From Vicinamibacterales bacterium (GTDB lineage Bacteria; Acidobacteriota; Vicinamibacteria; Vicinamibacterales; UBA8438), in assembly GCA_965249175.1 (NCBI GenBank), contig OZ252227.1:6455474-6519473 (forward strand): DNA of 64,000 nucleotides. The letters are read 5' to 3'. The position numbers were made by a program, and so were the translations under genes. Positions 40,397 through 51,582 of the stretch are shown one piece after another (the stretch's first letter is position 1; every line of letters begins with the position of its first letter). The notes under the pieces were generated by a model, which worked only from the letters and a program-made list of their open reading frames with translations, was not told where the DNA came from and ran no database searches.

Positions 40397-42782
40397 TTGA
40401 CTCCAGCGGTGTCTGTCGTCATCGCCACGTACAACAGAAGTCGGGTCCTACGGCACGCGATCCAGAGCGTGCGTGGCTCGTCGTTCACCGACTGGGAACT
40501 CATCGTCGTCGGCGACGCGTGCACCGACGATACGGCTGAGTGCGTGGCGTCCTTCGGCGATACACGAATCCGGTTTGTCAATCTGACAGGTCGCTGCGGT
40601 GATCAATCCGAGCCCAACAACCATGGCGTAGCTCTATCGGGCGGACGATATGTGGCGTTCTTGAACCATGACGATCTGTATCTGCCCGACCACCTTGGTA
40701 CGTGCGTAGCTGAAGTGGAGTCGGGCGACGCTGATTTTGTGTGGGGGGCATGCGCCATGGTTACTCCCAACGCTGAATCTGGGAGCGGAGATCGCCCATG
40801 TAAGTTTGAGTTCACCGGTGTACCACCCACCTCCGGGTATTCGCCACTGTGTTTTTCCTGCGCATCGTCTTGGGTGTGAGATATAACCAGAAGTTGTGGA
40901 TCGGCAGTCTGAAGAAGGCGGCGTATCCTTTCGCGTGAGCAACGCGAAAACTCCGGCTGGCAGGCCGGTGAAAGGAGCCGCCACCCATGCTGAAGGTACT
41001 CGACAACGATGGAGCAGACAACGAAGTTCCGCCGGAAGAGCGCGGTGCGCAGACGGTGGACGAGCTGGCCCGGGAGGGAGCCCGGCGGATGTTGATGACG
41101 GCCCTGGCGGTGGAGGTCGGGCAGTACATCGAGGCCCACGGCGAGGAGCGGGACGCGCGGGGACGCCGGCTGGTCGTTCGGAATGGTCGGGCCCAGGCGC
41201 GGAAGGTGACGTGCGGGGCAGGTACGCTCGAGGTGCATGCTCCTCGGGTGAACGACAAAAGGGTCAACGGCGCGGGCCAGCGGGAGCGGTTCACGAGTCG
41301 GATCTTGCCCCCCTACATGCGTCGCTCGCCCAAGGTGGCGGAGGTGCTGCCGATCCTCTATCTGCGCGGTCTGTCGACGGGCGATTTCCGCGAAGCGCTG
41401 CCGGTGCTATTGGGGGATGACGCGGCCGGCCTCAGCGCGACCAACATCGCGCGCCTCACGGCGGTGTGGGAAGAGGACTACCGGCGGTTCCGCCAGCGGG
41501 ACCTGGCCGATCGTGACTACGTGTACGTGTGGGTCGACGGCATCCATTTCAACATCCGGCTCGAGGACGATCGGCTCTGTACGCTGGTGATCATCGGCGT
41601 ACGGCCCGATGGGACCAAGAAGCTCGTGGCCCTGGAGGACGGCTACCGCGAGAGCACCGACAGCTGGGCGACGGTGCTGCGGGACCTCCAGCGGCGCGGC
41701 ATGCGGGCCCCGGTGGGGGCGGTCGGCGACGGCGCCCTGGGTTTCTGGGCGGCCGTGCGCGACGTGTGGCCGGACACGCGAGAGCTCCGCGACTGGTGTC
41801 ACAAGATGGGCAACGTGCTCGACAAATTGCCAAAGCGATTACAGCCGAAAGCGAAGCGCGCGCTCCGCGAGATCATGTACGCCGAGACGCGGGCACACGC
41901 CGAGGAGGCCATGGACGTCTTCATCGCCGAGTACGAGGCCAAGTACCCGAAGGCGGCGGCGTGCCTGGACGCAGACCGCGACCGCCTCCTCACGCACTTT
42001 GCCCTGCCAGCTGAGCATTGGCAGCACGTGCGCACGAGCAACGTCATCGAGTCGCCATTCGCCACGGTCCGACTCCGGCAGCGCGTGACCAAAGGCGCGG
42101 GCTCGCGCACCAAGGGCCTGTTGATGGCCTACAAGCTGCTCGAGATGGCACAGCAGCGCTGGCGTCGGCTCAATGGCGCGCATCTGCTGCCACTCGTCCG
42201 CGCCGGCGTGACGTTCATTGACGGGGTACAGCAGGAGCGAAACAACGAGGGAGATCGGAAGGTGGCCGCCTGATCACGCTGATGACCGATCCACAACATT
42301 TGACAATATCTCCTTGGGTGTTCCGGCGAAGCTTGGCGGATCGTGTCGGACCATGGCTGACAGCGGCTCGGCTTTATGTGGAGCCGTCACAGCATTGGCT
42401 GTTTGGAGCCTGGAAGTCCGGCGCAAAACTGCGGTTCGTGCCAGTCGTTAGTGTGATTCTTGTGCCGGCGGCCCGAAGGGCGGGCAGCTACGCTCGGCGT
42501 GAGAGTCCTGAGCACGAGTGGGTCGCACGATTGCTCGAGGACGACGCACGATTCCGTGAGCATGTGCTGTTGGAGGCGGCCATGAACGAAGCGCGGCAAC
42601 ACGCCAGCGACGCCTACGATCGACCCTCGCGAGCCTTGAGGCGACTGCTGCTGTGGCCCGTGTACGCACAGCTTATTGCGCTGGGTATTCATCCACGTGC
42701 TCTTACCTATGTCATATTATTCGGGTTCCGCGGCAGGGCTATCCGGCTGCACAGCAAACTCACTGGCGCGTTGAGACGATAG
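40397..42782 (+). pseudogene. GT2 glycosyltransferase split by IS256
   Basis: VSVVIATYNR, WELIVVGD.CTD, AFLNHDD; the frame continues SSW|VFRRS after the IS is removed. Confidence 0.88.
40878..42312 (+). mobile_element. IS256-family element, copy 2 (transposase 40987-42273)
   Basis: 1435 bp; 9-bp TSD cttgggtgt; protein identical to copy 1. Confidence 0.95.
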
Positions 42783-43157
42783 TCCGCACGCACGACACGA
42801 GCTGGAACGTCAACGGATGTACCCGAGCGACCGGAGTCGGTCCAGGACCTCCTCAGATGCGTCAGTCTCGTCGGAAGGAGCATCGTCCCTGTGGACGGCG
42901 CGCGGTCCCATGAGCGCCTGCAGGCCAGCCGTTCGGTCGGGGTAGGTATCAGACAGCTCGTGTTGCTCCTCGGGGTCCGTGACAAGATCGTAAAGTTCCG
43001 TACGTCCGCGATCGTCCTCGATCAGTTTCCATCCCTCTATCTCTATCGAGCGCAGCTCTCGGGCGAATCGCTCGTCAGCACGCGTCTGGGCCCGTGAGGG
43101 AAAGGACCAGGCACGTAGGGGCCCCGGTGGCGCCTCTGGCGGTCGCCCGTCCAGCTG

Positions 43158-43229
43158 TCGAGGGCGGTCGAGGCGGGGGTCAGGAGGGCAGTCTGGTGAT
43201 CGGGGGGCTTCTAAAACCGGCTATCGTCC
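43158..43229 (+). repeat. 72-bp direct repeat, copy 2
   Basis: 68/72 identical to 39144-39215. Confidence 0.85.
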
Positions 43230-43272
43230 CATCTTGAGGAAAGATTGCGTGGATTTAGTGGAGCAACCTTCG

Positions 43273-43287
43273 AACTGAGACACTACC
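43273..43287 (+). mobile_element. Remnant terminal IR of an IS1-family element
   Basis: aactgagacactacc is the exact reverse complement of the IS end at 63178-63192. Confidence 0.6.
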
Positions 43288-43299
43288 AAAGGTTCGATA

Positions 43300-43711
43300 A
43301 GAAGCTTGAGAACACTAAGTATATTGGCGCGTCTCCGTCGATCGTTTGGAAGGCTACGGAAGACGTCGAGCGGTGGCCACAGTGGACTGCAAGTGTTGAA
43401 ACGGTGAGGCGCTTGGACGACGGACAATTCGATGTCGGGAGCAAGGTGCGTATCAAACAACCTGGCCTCCCAGAAACCGAGTGGCGTGTGACGGCGCTGA
43501 CGCGTGGCGACGGCTCTACGTGGGAGACCCGAATTCGCGGTATGCGTGTGATTGCCTCGCATGAACTCACACCGTCGGGAGCCGGAACGCGGAGCGTCCT
43601 GCGCATCGAAACGCTCGGGGGGCAGTGCTCATGTGGCCGCTAATCCGCCCTTCTTTGCGAAAGTCGCTTGAAAAAGAGAACGTAGGTCTCAAGACCACAT
43701 GTGAGGCGTGA
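43300..43711 (+). pseudogene. SRPBCC/polyketide cyclase family fragment, frameshifted
   Basis: VW..T.DVERWPQWT.S, GS.VRIKQP.LP...W.VT; C-terminal LEKENVGLK is in another frame. Confidence 0.7.
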
Positions 43712-43891
43712 CGATCTCGGCCCGAAGTCGATAGCCGTGTTAGAGGGGGCAAACGCCTGGCCATCTGCCCACTCTGTTAGGGAGCCTCTCAAGTCGGCAA
43801 TCTGCGCTGTAGACGATTTCATCGGCCCACCATAGGACTGGCGGGCGCCGACGAGCGGGTCGCCCTCCCTATGCCCCCGGGACGGCGCGGT

Positions 43892-45485
43892 CTCGACCAG
43901 TTCGAGCACCAGCGCCCTGGTGCCTTCGGCTTCTTCCAGCCCGTAGATGTGCCCGATGCTCGGATGGAGATATTGTCAAATGTTGTGGATCGGTCATCAG
44001 CGTGATCAGGCGGCCACCTTCCGATCTCCCTCGTTGTTTCGCTCCTGCTGTACCCCGTCAATGAACGTCACGCCGGCGCGGACGAGTGGCAGCAGATGCG
44101 CGCCATTGAGCCGACGCCAGCGCTGCTGTGCCATCTCGAGCAGCTTGTAGGCCATCAACAGGCCCTTGGTGCGCGAGCCCGCGCCTTTGGTCACGCGCTG
44201 CCGGAGTCGGACCGTGGCGAATGGCGACTCGATGACGTTGCTCGTGCGCACGTGCTGCCAATGCTCAGCTGGCAGGGCAAAGTGCGTGAGGAGGCGGTCG
44301 CGGTCTGCGTCCAGGCACGCCGCCGCCTTCGGGTACTTGGCCTCGTACTCGGCGATGAAGACGTCCATGGCCTCCTCGGCGTGTGCCCGCGTCTCGGCGT
44401 ACATGATCTCGCGGAGCGCGCGCTTCGCTTTCGGCTGTAATCGCTTTGGCAATTTGTCGAGCACGTTGCCCATCTTGTGACACCAGTCGCGGAGCTCTCG
44501 CGTGTCCGGCCACACGTCGCGCACGGCCGCCCAGAAACCCAGGGCGCCGTCGCCGACCGCCCCCACCGGGGCCCGCATGCCGCGCCGCTGGAGGTCCCGC
44601 AGCACCGTCGCCCAGCTGTCGGTGCTCTCGCGGTAGCCGTCCTCCAGGGCCACGAGCTTCTTGGTCCCATCGGGCCGTACGCCGATGATCACCAGCGTAC
44701 AGAGCCGATCGTCCTCGAGCCGGATGTTGAAATGGATGCCGTCGACCCACACGTACACGTAGTCACGATCGGCCAGGTCCCGCTGGCGGAACCGCCGGTA
44801 GTCCTCTTCCCACACCGCCGTGAGGCGCGCGATGTTGGTCGCGCTGAGGCCGGCCGCGTCATCCCCCAATAGCACCGGCAGCGCTTCGCGGAAATCGCCC
44901 GTCGACAGACCGCGCAGATAGAGGATCGGCAGCACCTCCGCCACCTTGGGCGAGCGACGCATGTAGGGGGGCAAGATCCGACTCGTGAACCGCTCCCGCT
45001 GGCCCGCGCCGTTGACCCTTTTGTCGTTCACCCGAGGAGCATGCACCTCGAGCGTACCTGCCCCGCACGTCACCTTCCGCGCCTGGGCCCGACCATTCCG
45101 AACGACCAGCCGGCGTCCCCGCGCGTCCCGCTCCTCGCCGTGGGCCTCGATGTACTGCCCGACCTCCACCGCCAGGGCCGTCATCAACATCCGCCGGGCT
45201 CCCTCCCGGGCCAGCTCGTCCACCGTCTGCGCACCGCGCTCTTCCGGCGGAACTTCGTTGTCTGCTCCATCGTTGTCGAGTACCTTCAGCATGGGTGGCG
45301 GCTCCTTTCACCGGCCTGCCAGCCGGAGTTTTCGCGTTGCTCACGCGAAAGGATACGCCGCCTTCTTCAGACTGCCGATCCACAACTTCTGGCTATATCT
45401 CGTGCTCGGATGGTTCAGCGAGGCAAGCACCTTGGCTTCGCGCTCGAAGCGGGCCAGGCGATCGGGATCGGCCGTGAATGCCTCG
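43892..45485 (-). pseudogene. Internal kinase fragment interrupted by IS256 copy 3
   Basis: [49 protein letters not shown]. Confidence 0.85.
43967..45401 (-). mobile_element. IS256-family element, copy 3 (transposase 44006-45292)
   Basis: 1435 bp; flanked by (a/g)tgctcggatg duplication; one SNP near the left IR. Confidence 0.95.
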
Positions 45486-45793
45486 AACTATAGGAAGTTC
45501 AAAAACTCGGGGTACGCGGATCGTCCTGGTCGAAAAGACGGATCGACTCTATCGAAATTTGAAGGACTGGGTCATGCTGGACGAGCTGGACGTTGAGGTG
45601 CATCTGGTCAAAGAAGGCGTCGTTCTGTCCCGCGAGTCGCGCTCCTCCGAGAAGTTCATGCACGGCATCAAGGTCCTGATGGCCAAGAACTACATCGACA
45701 ACCTCTCGGAAGAGGCGCGGAAGGGCATGGCCGAAAAGGCCGAGCAGGGCCTCTGGCCATCCTACGCGCCGCTCGGCTATCGCAACGTGACGG

Positions 45794-47111
45794 GGTTGTG
45801 TGCGTCAAGTTGTGCAAAAGGCGGTCATGGCTGAGGTCGGTTAGGCGGCGGTCCTGATGAGCTCCTTCTTCTGCTCCTTTAAGTAATCCATGTTGAGATA
45901 ACGGTTCTCCTCCAGCCAGCCCTCGTGGGTCTCGGCGCAGAGCGCGCGAACCAGCCGGAGGCAGCTCGCGGGATCGGGAAAGATGCGGACGACCCGCGTG
46001 CGGCGCTTGATCTCCTCGTTGAGCCGTTCGAGCATGTTCGTCGACTTCAGGTGCTTGTGGTGCTGGCGGGGCAGGCTGTAGAAGTTCAGCGTTTCCCCGA
46101 TGTTCGCTTCGACCTAGTCGGTGAGCTTCGGGTAGCGGCGCTCCCAGCGCTGGAGCCACGCGTGGAGGTCCTGCTGGGCTTCTTTGAGATTGCGCCGGTC
46201 ATAGAGCCAGCGGAGCTCCTGGCGGCAGTCGTCGTCGGCCTTCCGCGGCAGGTAGTCGAGGGCATTGCGGAGGACGTGCACGTAGCAGCGTTGCCACACC
46301 GCCTCGGGCAGCAGCTAACGGACGGCGCGCTTCAATCCGGCATGGTCGTCCGAGACGACGAACTCCACCCGTGCAGGCCGCGCGTCTTCAGGCCCGTGAC
46401 GAACGTCTTCCAGCTCGAGCGCGACTCCCGGTTCGAGAGCTCCACGCCGAGCAGCTGACGGCGCCCTTCCCCGTTGATCCCAATGGCCACGAACACCGCT
46501 TGTGCCTGGATCACCCCGTCGAGGCGGACCTTCTCGTACCGCGCATCCAGGATGACGTAGGGATAGGCCTCCTCGAGCCGGCGGTGGGCAAAGCGCTGCA
46601 GCAGGGCATCCAAACTGCGGTTGATTCGGCTGACGGTGCTCGCCGAGAGGCCTTCACCTTGCGCGTCGACACGCCCTGGACGTACATCTCGGCCAGCGCG
46701 CTCACCAAGGCCTTCTCGGACCGTTGATACCGGTCAAACAGCTCGGTCGAGAAGCGGCCCTCGCGGTCGCACGGGACCCGCAGCTCCAACTTCCCGATCC
46801 GCGTCACAAGCCCCCGACTGTAGTACCCCGACCCATAGCCGATGCGCCCCGCCGTCCGTTCGCTGGACCCCGCCCCGAGGGCCTCGGTCATGTCGGCCTC
46901 CAGCACCTCCTGGAGCGATTCCTTCACCAGTCGCTTCAGCAGCTCGCGGTCGCTGCTGACGAGGGCTTCGATGCGGGAGGTCTTCGCGCTACGCTTGGCC
47001 CGAGTGGTCATGGTCTGACTCCTTGTGAGTGAGGTCGATCTCGTCAATCAACCTCTTGCCATGACCGCTCGTTTTTCTCAAGCGCTTTTGCACACAGGTC
47101 GCAACACTACC
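45794..47111 (-). mobile_element. Second IS256-type element with a degraded transposase (45841-47012)
   Basis: 8-bp TSD cgtgacgg; imperfect IRs; LELRVP.DR.G.F, MYVQGVSTRKV, WQRC.VH, ER.NEEIKRR; internal stops and frameshifts. Confidence 0.88.
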
Positions 47112-48126
47112 CGTGACGGGCGCGAACGGGAAGAAGCTGATCGAGTTGGACCCGCATCTGGCCGCGATCATCGTCCGCCTGTTCGAGTGGTATTCGACCG
47201 GGACGATGTCACTGAAAGATGTCGCGAGGAAGGTGCGGGCCGCAGGGCTTTCGTTCCGGAAGAGCGGGGACTCGGTTCCCCTGAGCACGGTCCACAAGAT
47301 TCTCCGCAAGCGGATATACATGGGGGATTTCGAGTGGAACGGGCGCGTCTACAAGGGAGCCCACGAGCCAATCGTCTCACGCGAACTCTGGGAACGGGTT
47401 CAAGAGGTCCTGGAAGGCCGCCATGCAAAGCGCCACCGGCGGGTCAAGCACAACGTCGCGTTCTCCGGGCTGATCAGCTGTGGACACTGCGGGTGCGCGA
47501 TCGTCGGAGAGATGAAGAAGCAGCGGTACGTCTACTACCACTGCTCCGGCTACAAGCGGAAGTGCCCCGAGCCGTACGTCCGTGAAGAGGCGCTCGAGGG
47601 GCAGTTCACCGAACTGCTGCACCGACTCACATTCGATGCGGAGGTGCTCGACTGGGTCCGGGAAGCTCTGAGCCAGAGCCACGACGACGAGCGGCAGGCT
47701 CACGACGAGGCCATCAAGCGCCTCCAGGCCGAGTCCGGCCGGCTGCAGAACCGCCTGGACGCGATGTACGTCGACAAGCTCGACGGACGCATCGATGCGG
47801 CTTCGTTCGACCGTATGGCGGCAGCTTGGCGGTCTGAACAGGCCGAATGCCTCCGGTTAATCGAACAACACCAGACGGCGAACCAGTCATACATGGCCGA
47901 GGGCATCCGGCTTCTCGAACTCGCCCGAAACGCCCGGCACCTCTTCGAGAAACAGGAAGCGCACGAGAAGCGGCGCCTGCTCGACTTCCTGGTTTCGAAC
48001 TGCTCCTGGAGGGACAACCGGCTTACGGCCGAGTTCAGGCAACCGTTTGATTTACTTGCAGATACGGCGATGGCCGCAGCTACGGCGGGAGCCGCAGACG
48101 AGTCAGATTCGGCCAAAAGTGAGATT

Positions 48127-48140
48127 TGGCTGGTAGGCAG
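48127..48140 (-). repeat. att repeat of the tRNA-Gln 3' end
   Basis: tggctggtaggcag vs tggctgggaggcag at 58242-58255 (13/14). Confidence 0.75.
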
Positions 48141-48304
48141 TCAGCCATGCATAGGGTCCGGCACGGAACGCGGTGGTGCGGGACGGTCAGCGTAAGTATC
48201 AGTACCGCATGACCTTACACGGTGCATTGTGGTTTGATACGGTCCTTGACGGTGCGCGGAAATCCGGCTACGATTCCTATACAGATTCCCGCACGATTCG
48301 TTTG

Positions 48305-48515
48305 ACACGAGCTTGCGGGCGCGGTCGGCGAGGTGCTTGTCAATGCCGGCATCGGCAAGGGTTGAAGGCTCTTGCGGTGGGACCGCGCGGGACCCACCGC
48401 TCGTGTCACCGCCACCCGTCGCCAGCCCGACGGTGTCCCTTTGTGCCCGCAACAACTCGCCCAGGCGTCGTTCCGCCCGGATGCGGATCTCGGCCGCGTC
48501 GATTTCGAGCTGGCG
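48305..48515 (-). pseudogene. Fragment of a phage DNA-binding protein (segment seen N-terminal of MT-A70/ParB-like proteins)
   Basis: EIDAAEIRIRAERRLGELL...TLADAGIDKHLADRARKL, with an internal DNA palindrome. Confidence 0.55.
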
Positions 48516-48541
48516 GTACGGTCCGACTCACGGTTGCGCCC

Positions 48542-49720
48542 ATGGCCCGACGACGCACGCATCGCCTCAGCGCCCTGTTTATCAAAACGGCCCCGCCTGG
48601 CGCCCATTGCGACGGCGACGGGCTCTATCTGCGCGTCGACCGGTCCGGCGCCCGCCGCTGGGTGCAACAACTCACCATCCGCGGGCGCCCGCGCTCGCTC
48701 GGCCTCGGCAGCGTGCGCCTCGTCTCGCTCGCCGAGGCACGCGCCGTGGCCCTGGCCAACCGGACGCTCGCCCGCGCCGGCGGCGACCCGCTGGCCGAGA
48801 AGCGCCGGGCCTCGGGGATGCCCACGGTCGAAGACGCCGCCGCGCGCGTCCTCGAACAGCGGCGCACCGGCTGGGGCGGCAAGTATGCGCGCGAGTGGGC
48901 CGCGAGACTGCGGGTGCATGCGTTCCCGCGTCTCGGCCCCCTGCCCGTCTCGGACGTGACCACCGCCGACGTGCTCGCGGTGTTGACGCCCCTCTGGTAC
49001 GACAAGCCCGAGACGGCGCGCTGCGTGCGCCAACAGCTCGGCGCCATCATGACGTGGGCGGTGGCCGTGGGACACCGCCCCGACAATCCCGTGGCGCCTG
49101 TCGGCCAGGTGCTTGGCCCGCAGCGCGATGTCGTGCGCCACCGGCCCGCGCTGCCCCATGGCGAGGTGGCTGAGGCGATCCAGCGGGTGCAGGCGTCGCA
49201 GGCGTCCACGTCCGTGAAGCTCGGGTTCGAGTTCCTGGTCGTGACGGCGGCGCGATCGGGGGAAGTGCGGCTCGCCACGTGGCACGAAGTCGATCGCGAC
49301 GCGGCGACGTGGACGGTTCCGGCGTCGCGCATGAAGGCCAAGCGGGATCACCGCGTGCCGTTGTGCGAGCGGGCGCTGGCGATCTTGCATGAGGCTCGGC
49401 AGGTGACCACTCGTGGTCACCTGATCTTCCCCAGCCAGCGGGGCAAGCCGCTCAGCGACATGACGCTCTCGAAGCTCGTCAAGGAACTGGGGATCGCCGC
49501 CGTGCCGCATGGGTTCCGCTCGTCGTTTCGGGATTGGGCCTCGGAGCGGACGAGTCACCCGCGCGAGGTGATTGAAGCGGCCCTGGCCCACACCGTGCGG
49601 AGCCAGGTGGAAGCGGCCTACGCACGCTCGGATCTGTTCGCGCGCCGCCGCCGGCTGATGGACGACTGGGCGGCCTACCTCAGTGGGCAGCGCGGCCAGG
49701 TGATCCTGTTACGACGGTAA
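48542..49720 (+). CDS. int: P4/IntA-type tyrosine integrase with an arm-binding domain
   Basis: DGDGLYLRV..SG..RW, TAARSGEV, RMK..R.HRVPL, HGFRSSFRDW, LAH, AY.RSD. Confidence 0.95.
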   Translation: MARRRTHRLSALFIKTAPPGAHCDGDGLYLRVDRSGARRWVQQLTIRGRPRSLGLGSVRLVSLAEARAVALANRTLARAGGDPLAEKRRASGMPTVEDAAARVLEQRRTGWGGKYAREWAARLRVHAFPRLGPLPVSDVTTADVLAVLTPLWYDKPETARCVRQQLGAIMTWAVAVGHRPDNPVAPVGQVLGPQRDVVRHRPALPHGEVAEAIQRVQASQASTSVKLGFEFLVVTAARSGEVRLATWHEVDRDAATWTVPASRMKAKRDHRVPLCERALAILHEARQVTTRGHLIFPSQRGKPLSDMTLSKLVKELGIAAVPHGFRSSFRDWASERTSHPREVIEAALAHTVRSQVEAAYARSDLFARRRRLMDDWAAYLSGQRGQVILLRR

Positions 49721-49774
49721 GCTCGTGGCGCAGTAGAATTGGTTTCTATTGGTTATTAGAAAGAGAGGAATTAG

Positions 49775-50170
49775 TTGAAGCCAACCATCGACGGAAATAT
49801 AGATGTCACACTGGTGGCTTATGATTGTCTAGATTCACTTGCATCCGAGCTTGGTAAGACACGGGAGGACGTGGCGAGTGTGATCCTGTACCACTACTGT
49901 TCAAGGGAAGCCTACATGGAGACGCTGGATCGAAGGGGTTTGGGCCCAACGGAACCCGTCGTAATTGCAAACGGAACGACAGATGAGAACGCCCACCAGA
50001 TCAGCATCACGTCGGCGGCTTATGAGCAGCTACGTTCACTTGCGTCCGAGCTTCCCAAGATGTCCGCGGCGAGGGCGAGCACCCAGCATGACACCATGCG
50101 AGACGTATCTAGCCAGATCCTGTGCCACTACTGTTCAAAGGAGGACTTCGAGAAGGCGCGGGGGGGTTGA
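49775..50170 (+). CDS. Hypothetical cargo protein with two tandem RHH-like repeats
   Basis: AYDCLDSLASEL...DVASVILYHYCSRE and AYEQLRSLASEL...DVSSQILCHYCSKE; lower GC than the flanks. Confidence 0.65.
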   Translation: MKPTIDGNIDVTLVAYDCLDSLASELGKTREDVASVILYHYCSREAYMETLDRRGLGPTEPVVIANGTTDENAHQISITSAAYEQLRSLASELPKMSAARASTQHDTMRDVSSQILCHYCSKEDFEKARGG

Positions 50171-50185
50171 ATCGGGAAACCGCTC

Positions 50186-51364
50186 TCAGATCGCCTTCTT
50201 AGATCCGCCACGAAGGTGATCACCTACGGGGGGAGAGGGTGAGGTGATCACCTTCGTAAAATCCTTAATATTTTCCCGAAGATGATCACTCTCGGGGTGA
50301 TCCCCTTCGGCGGGTGATCCCCTTCGCAGCGCCCACATCCATTTGGCCGGCGCGAACCCGATTTTCCTGCTCTCGACACCGGCGCGCCGCTTGGCCCGCT
50401 GGAGCGTCGGCTCCGAGATCCCGCACGCCCGGGCCGCCTTCGTCACCTCGGTATACGGCACCGGCCCATCGGCCAGCAGCTCGCGCAGAAACGTCTCTGC
50501 GTCCTCGCGCTCGGTGACGTGCTCGGGACTCGCACTCAACTCGTCGGCCGTGCGGCGATCCACCGCACCCCAGACGAGCCGGCCGGGGGCGACGATGGTG
50601 AACTGCCGGGACGGGCCCAACGTCCCGAAGTTGCTCTTCGCATGCGACACGACGCGGGCCTCGTCGCCGTCGGCTGTGGCCACGATCACGGAGCGGACGG
50701 CCGCCGAGAATTGCAGCGAGCCGGCCACTCGATGAATGGCCTTCTCTGCCCCCGCCTTGCGGTTATGCACGATGAGCAGGACGGCACGGCCGGCACACAG
50801 CGGGGTGAGCCGCTTCACGATCTCACGAATAAATTTCGACTCGTTCACGTCGCCGGGGGCCCACGCCAGGACGCTATCGAGCACCACGAGGCGCGCCCCG
50901 ATCCGATCCGCCTGGACGCGCGCCGCCTCGACAAACAGCGTGTCGAGCTCGGCCCCCGCCTCGAGCTGGTAGCAGGACAACCGATCGGGATCGCCGCCCA
51001 TCCGCATGTACCGAGGCACGACGACGGCCGGGAGATCGTCTTCGAGCCCAAGCCAGAGCGTGGCCCACGGCTCACGCGCCGTGTCACCCGGGAGCGGAGC
51101 CCCGCATGATCCCGCCGCCGCGAGCGCCAGGGCGATCAGGCTCTTGCCGACACCTGGATCGCCGGCCAGGAGCGCCGGATGGCCGAGTGGCAGGTACGGT
51201 TCCCAGAGCCACGCCACCTCCGTCGGTGTGACGGCCGACGCCTTGACGAAACACCGGCCGATCGCGTCGTCGATCTGTTCCCACTGCGCCCGAGGCGCGT
51301 CACCCGCGTCATCACCGTCGCTGAAACGGGGCGCGTGCGTGTCGGGGGTGCGGTGCCAGCTCAT
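50186..51364 (-). CDS. AAA_25/RepA-type replicative helicase
   Basis: V.WLWEPYLP.G...LAGDPGVGKS, LVVLDS, H.RK, GS..F.A..RS, KSNFG. Confidence 0.88.
   Translation of the reverse strand: MSWHRTPDTHAPRFSDGDDAGDAPRAQWEQIDDAIGRCFVKASAVTPTEVAWLWEPYLPLGHPALLAGDPGVGKSLIALALAAAGSCGAPLPGDTAREPWATLWLGLEDDLPAVVVPRYMRMGGDPDRLSCYQLEAGAELDTLFVEAARVQADRIGARLVVLDSVLAWAPGDVNESKFIREIVKRLTPLCAGRAVLLIVHNRKAGAEKAIHRVAGSLQFSAAVRSVIVATADGDEARVVSHAKSNFGTLGPSRQFTIVAPGRLVWGAVDRRTADELSASPEHVTEREDAETFLRELLADGPVPYTEVTKAARACGISEPTLQRAKRRAGVESRKIGFAPAKWMWALRRGSPAEGDHPESDHLRENIKDFTKVITSPSPPVGDHLRGGSKKAI
50212..50326. repeat. Putative origin: five TGATC-centred iterons around an AT-rich core
   Basis: aggtgatcacct, aggtgatcacct, agatgatcactc, gggtgatcccct, gggtgatcccct within the helicase 3' end. 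Confidence 0.7.
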
Positions 51365-51576
51365 GCCGCCCTCGTCGTCGTGTCGCGCTGATGGGCCCGC
51401 AACCAGCGGTTCTGCACCCGCCGAAGGCGCGCCTGCAGCCGATCCCGCTCCACCGTCAGCGCGTGCACCTGTTCGACAGCGGCATGCAGCACTTCGCGCA
51501 GCCCTGCCGCCTCACGCGCCAGGGTGTGCTCGCTGTCGGCCAGCTCCCGAATTACGAGATCGCGATCGTCGGGCAT
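51361..51576 (-). CDS. Small coiled-coil protein
   Basis: Translationally coupled to the helicase gene. Confidence 0.6.
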   Translation of the reverse strand: MPDDRDLVIRELADSEHTLAREAAGLREVLHAAVEQVHALTVERDRLQARLRRVQNRWLRAHQRDTTTRAA

Positions 51577-51582
51577 GGGCGT

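Larger units (their letters stand above)
45507..48195 (+). pseudogene. Large serine recombinase lacking its catalytic N-terminus and split by an IS
   Basis: VEKTDRLYRN, LSEE.RKGM.EKA.QG.WP..APLGY, recombinase domain (Y.G...G.HEPIVS..LW..VQ), zinc ribbon CGHCG..YYHC; reads through the att site. Confidence 0.88.
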
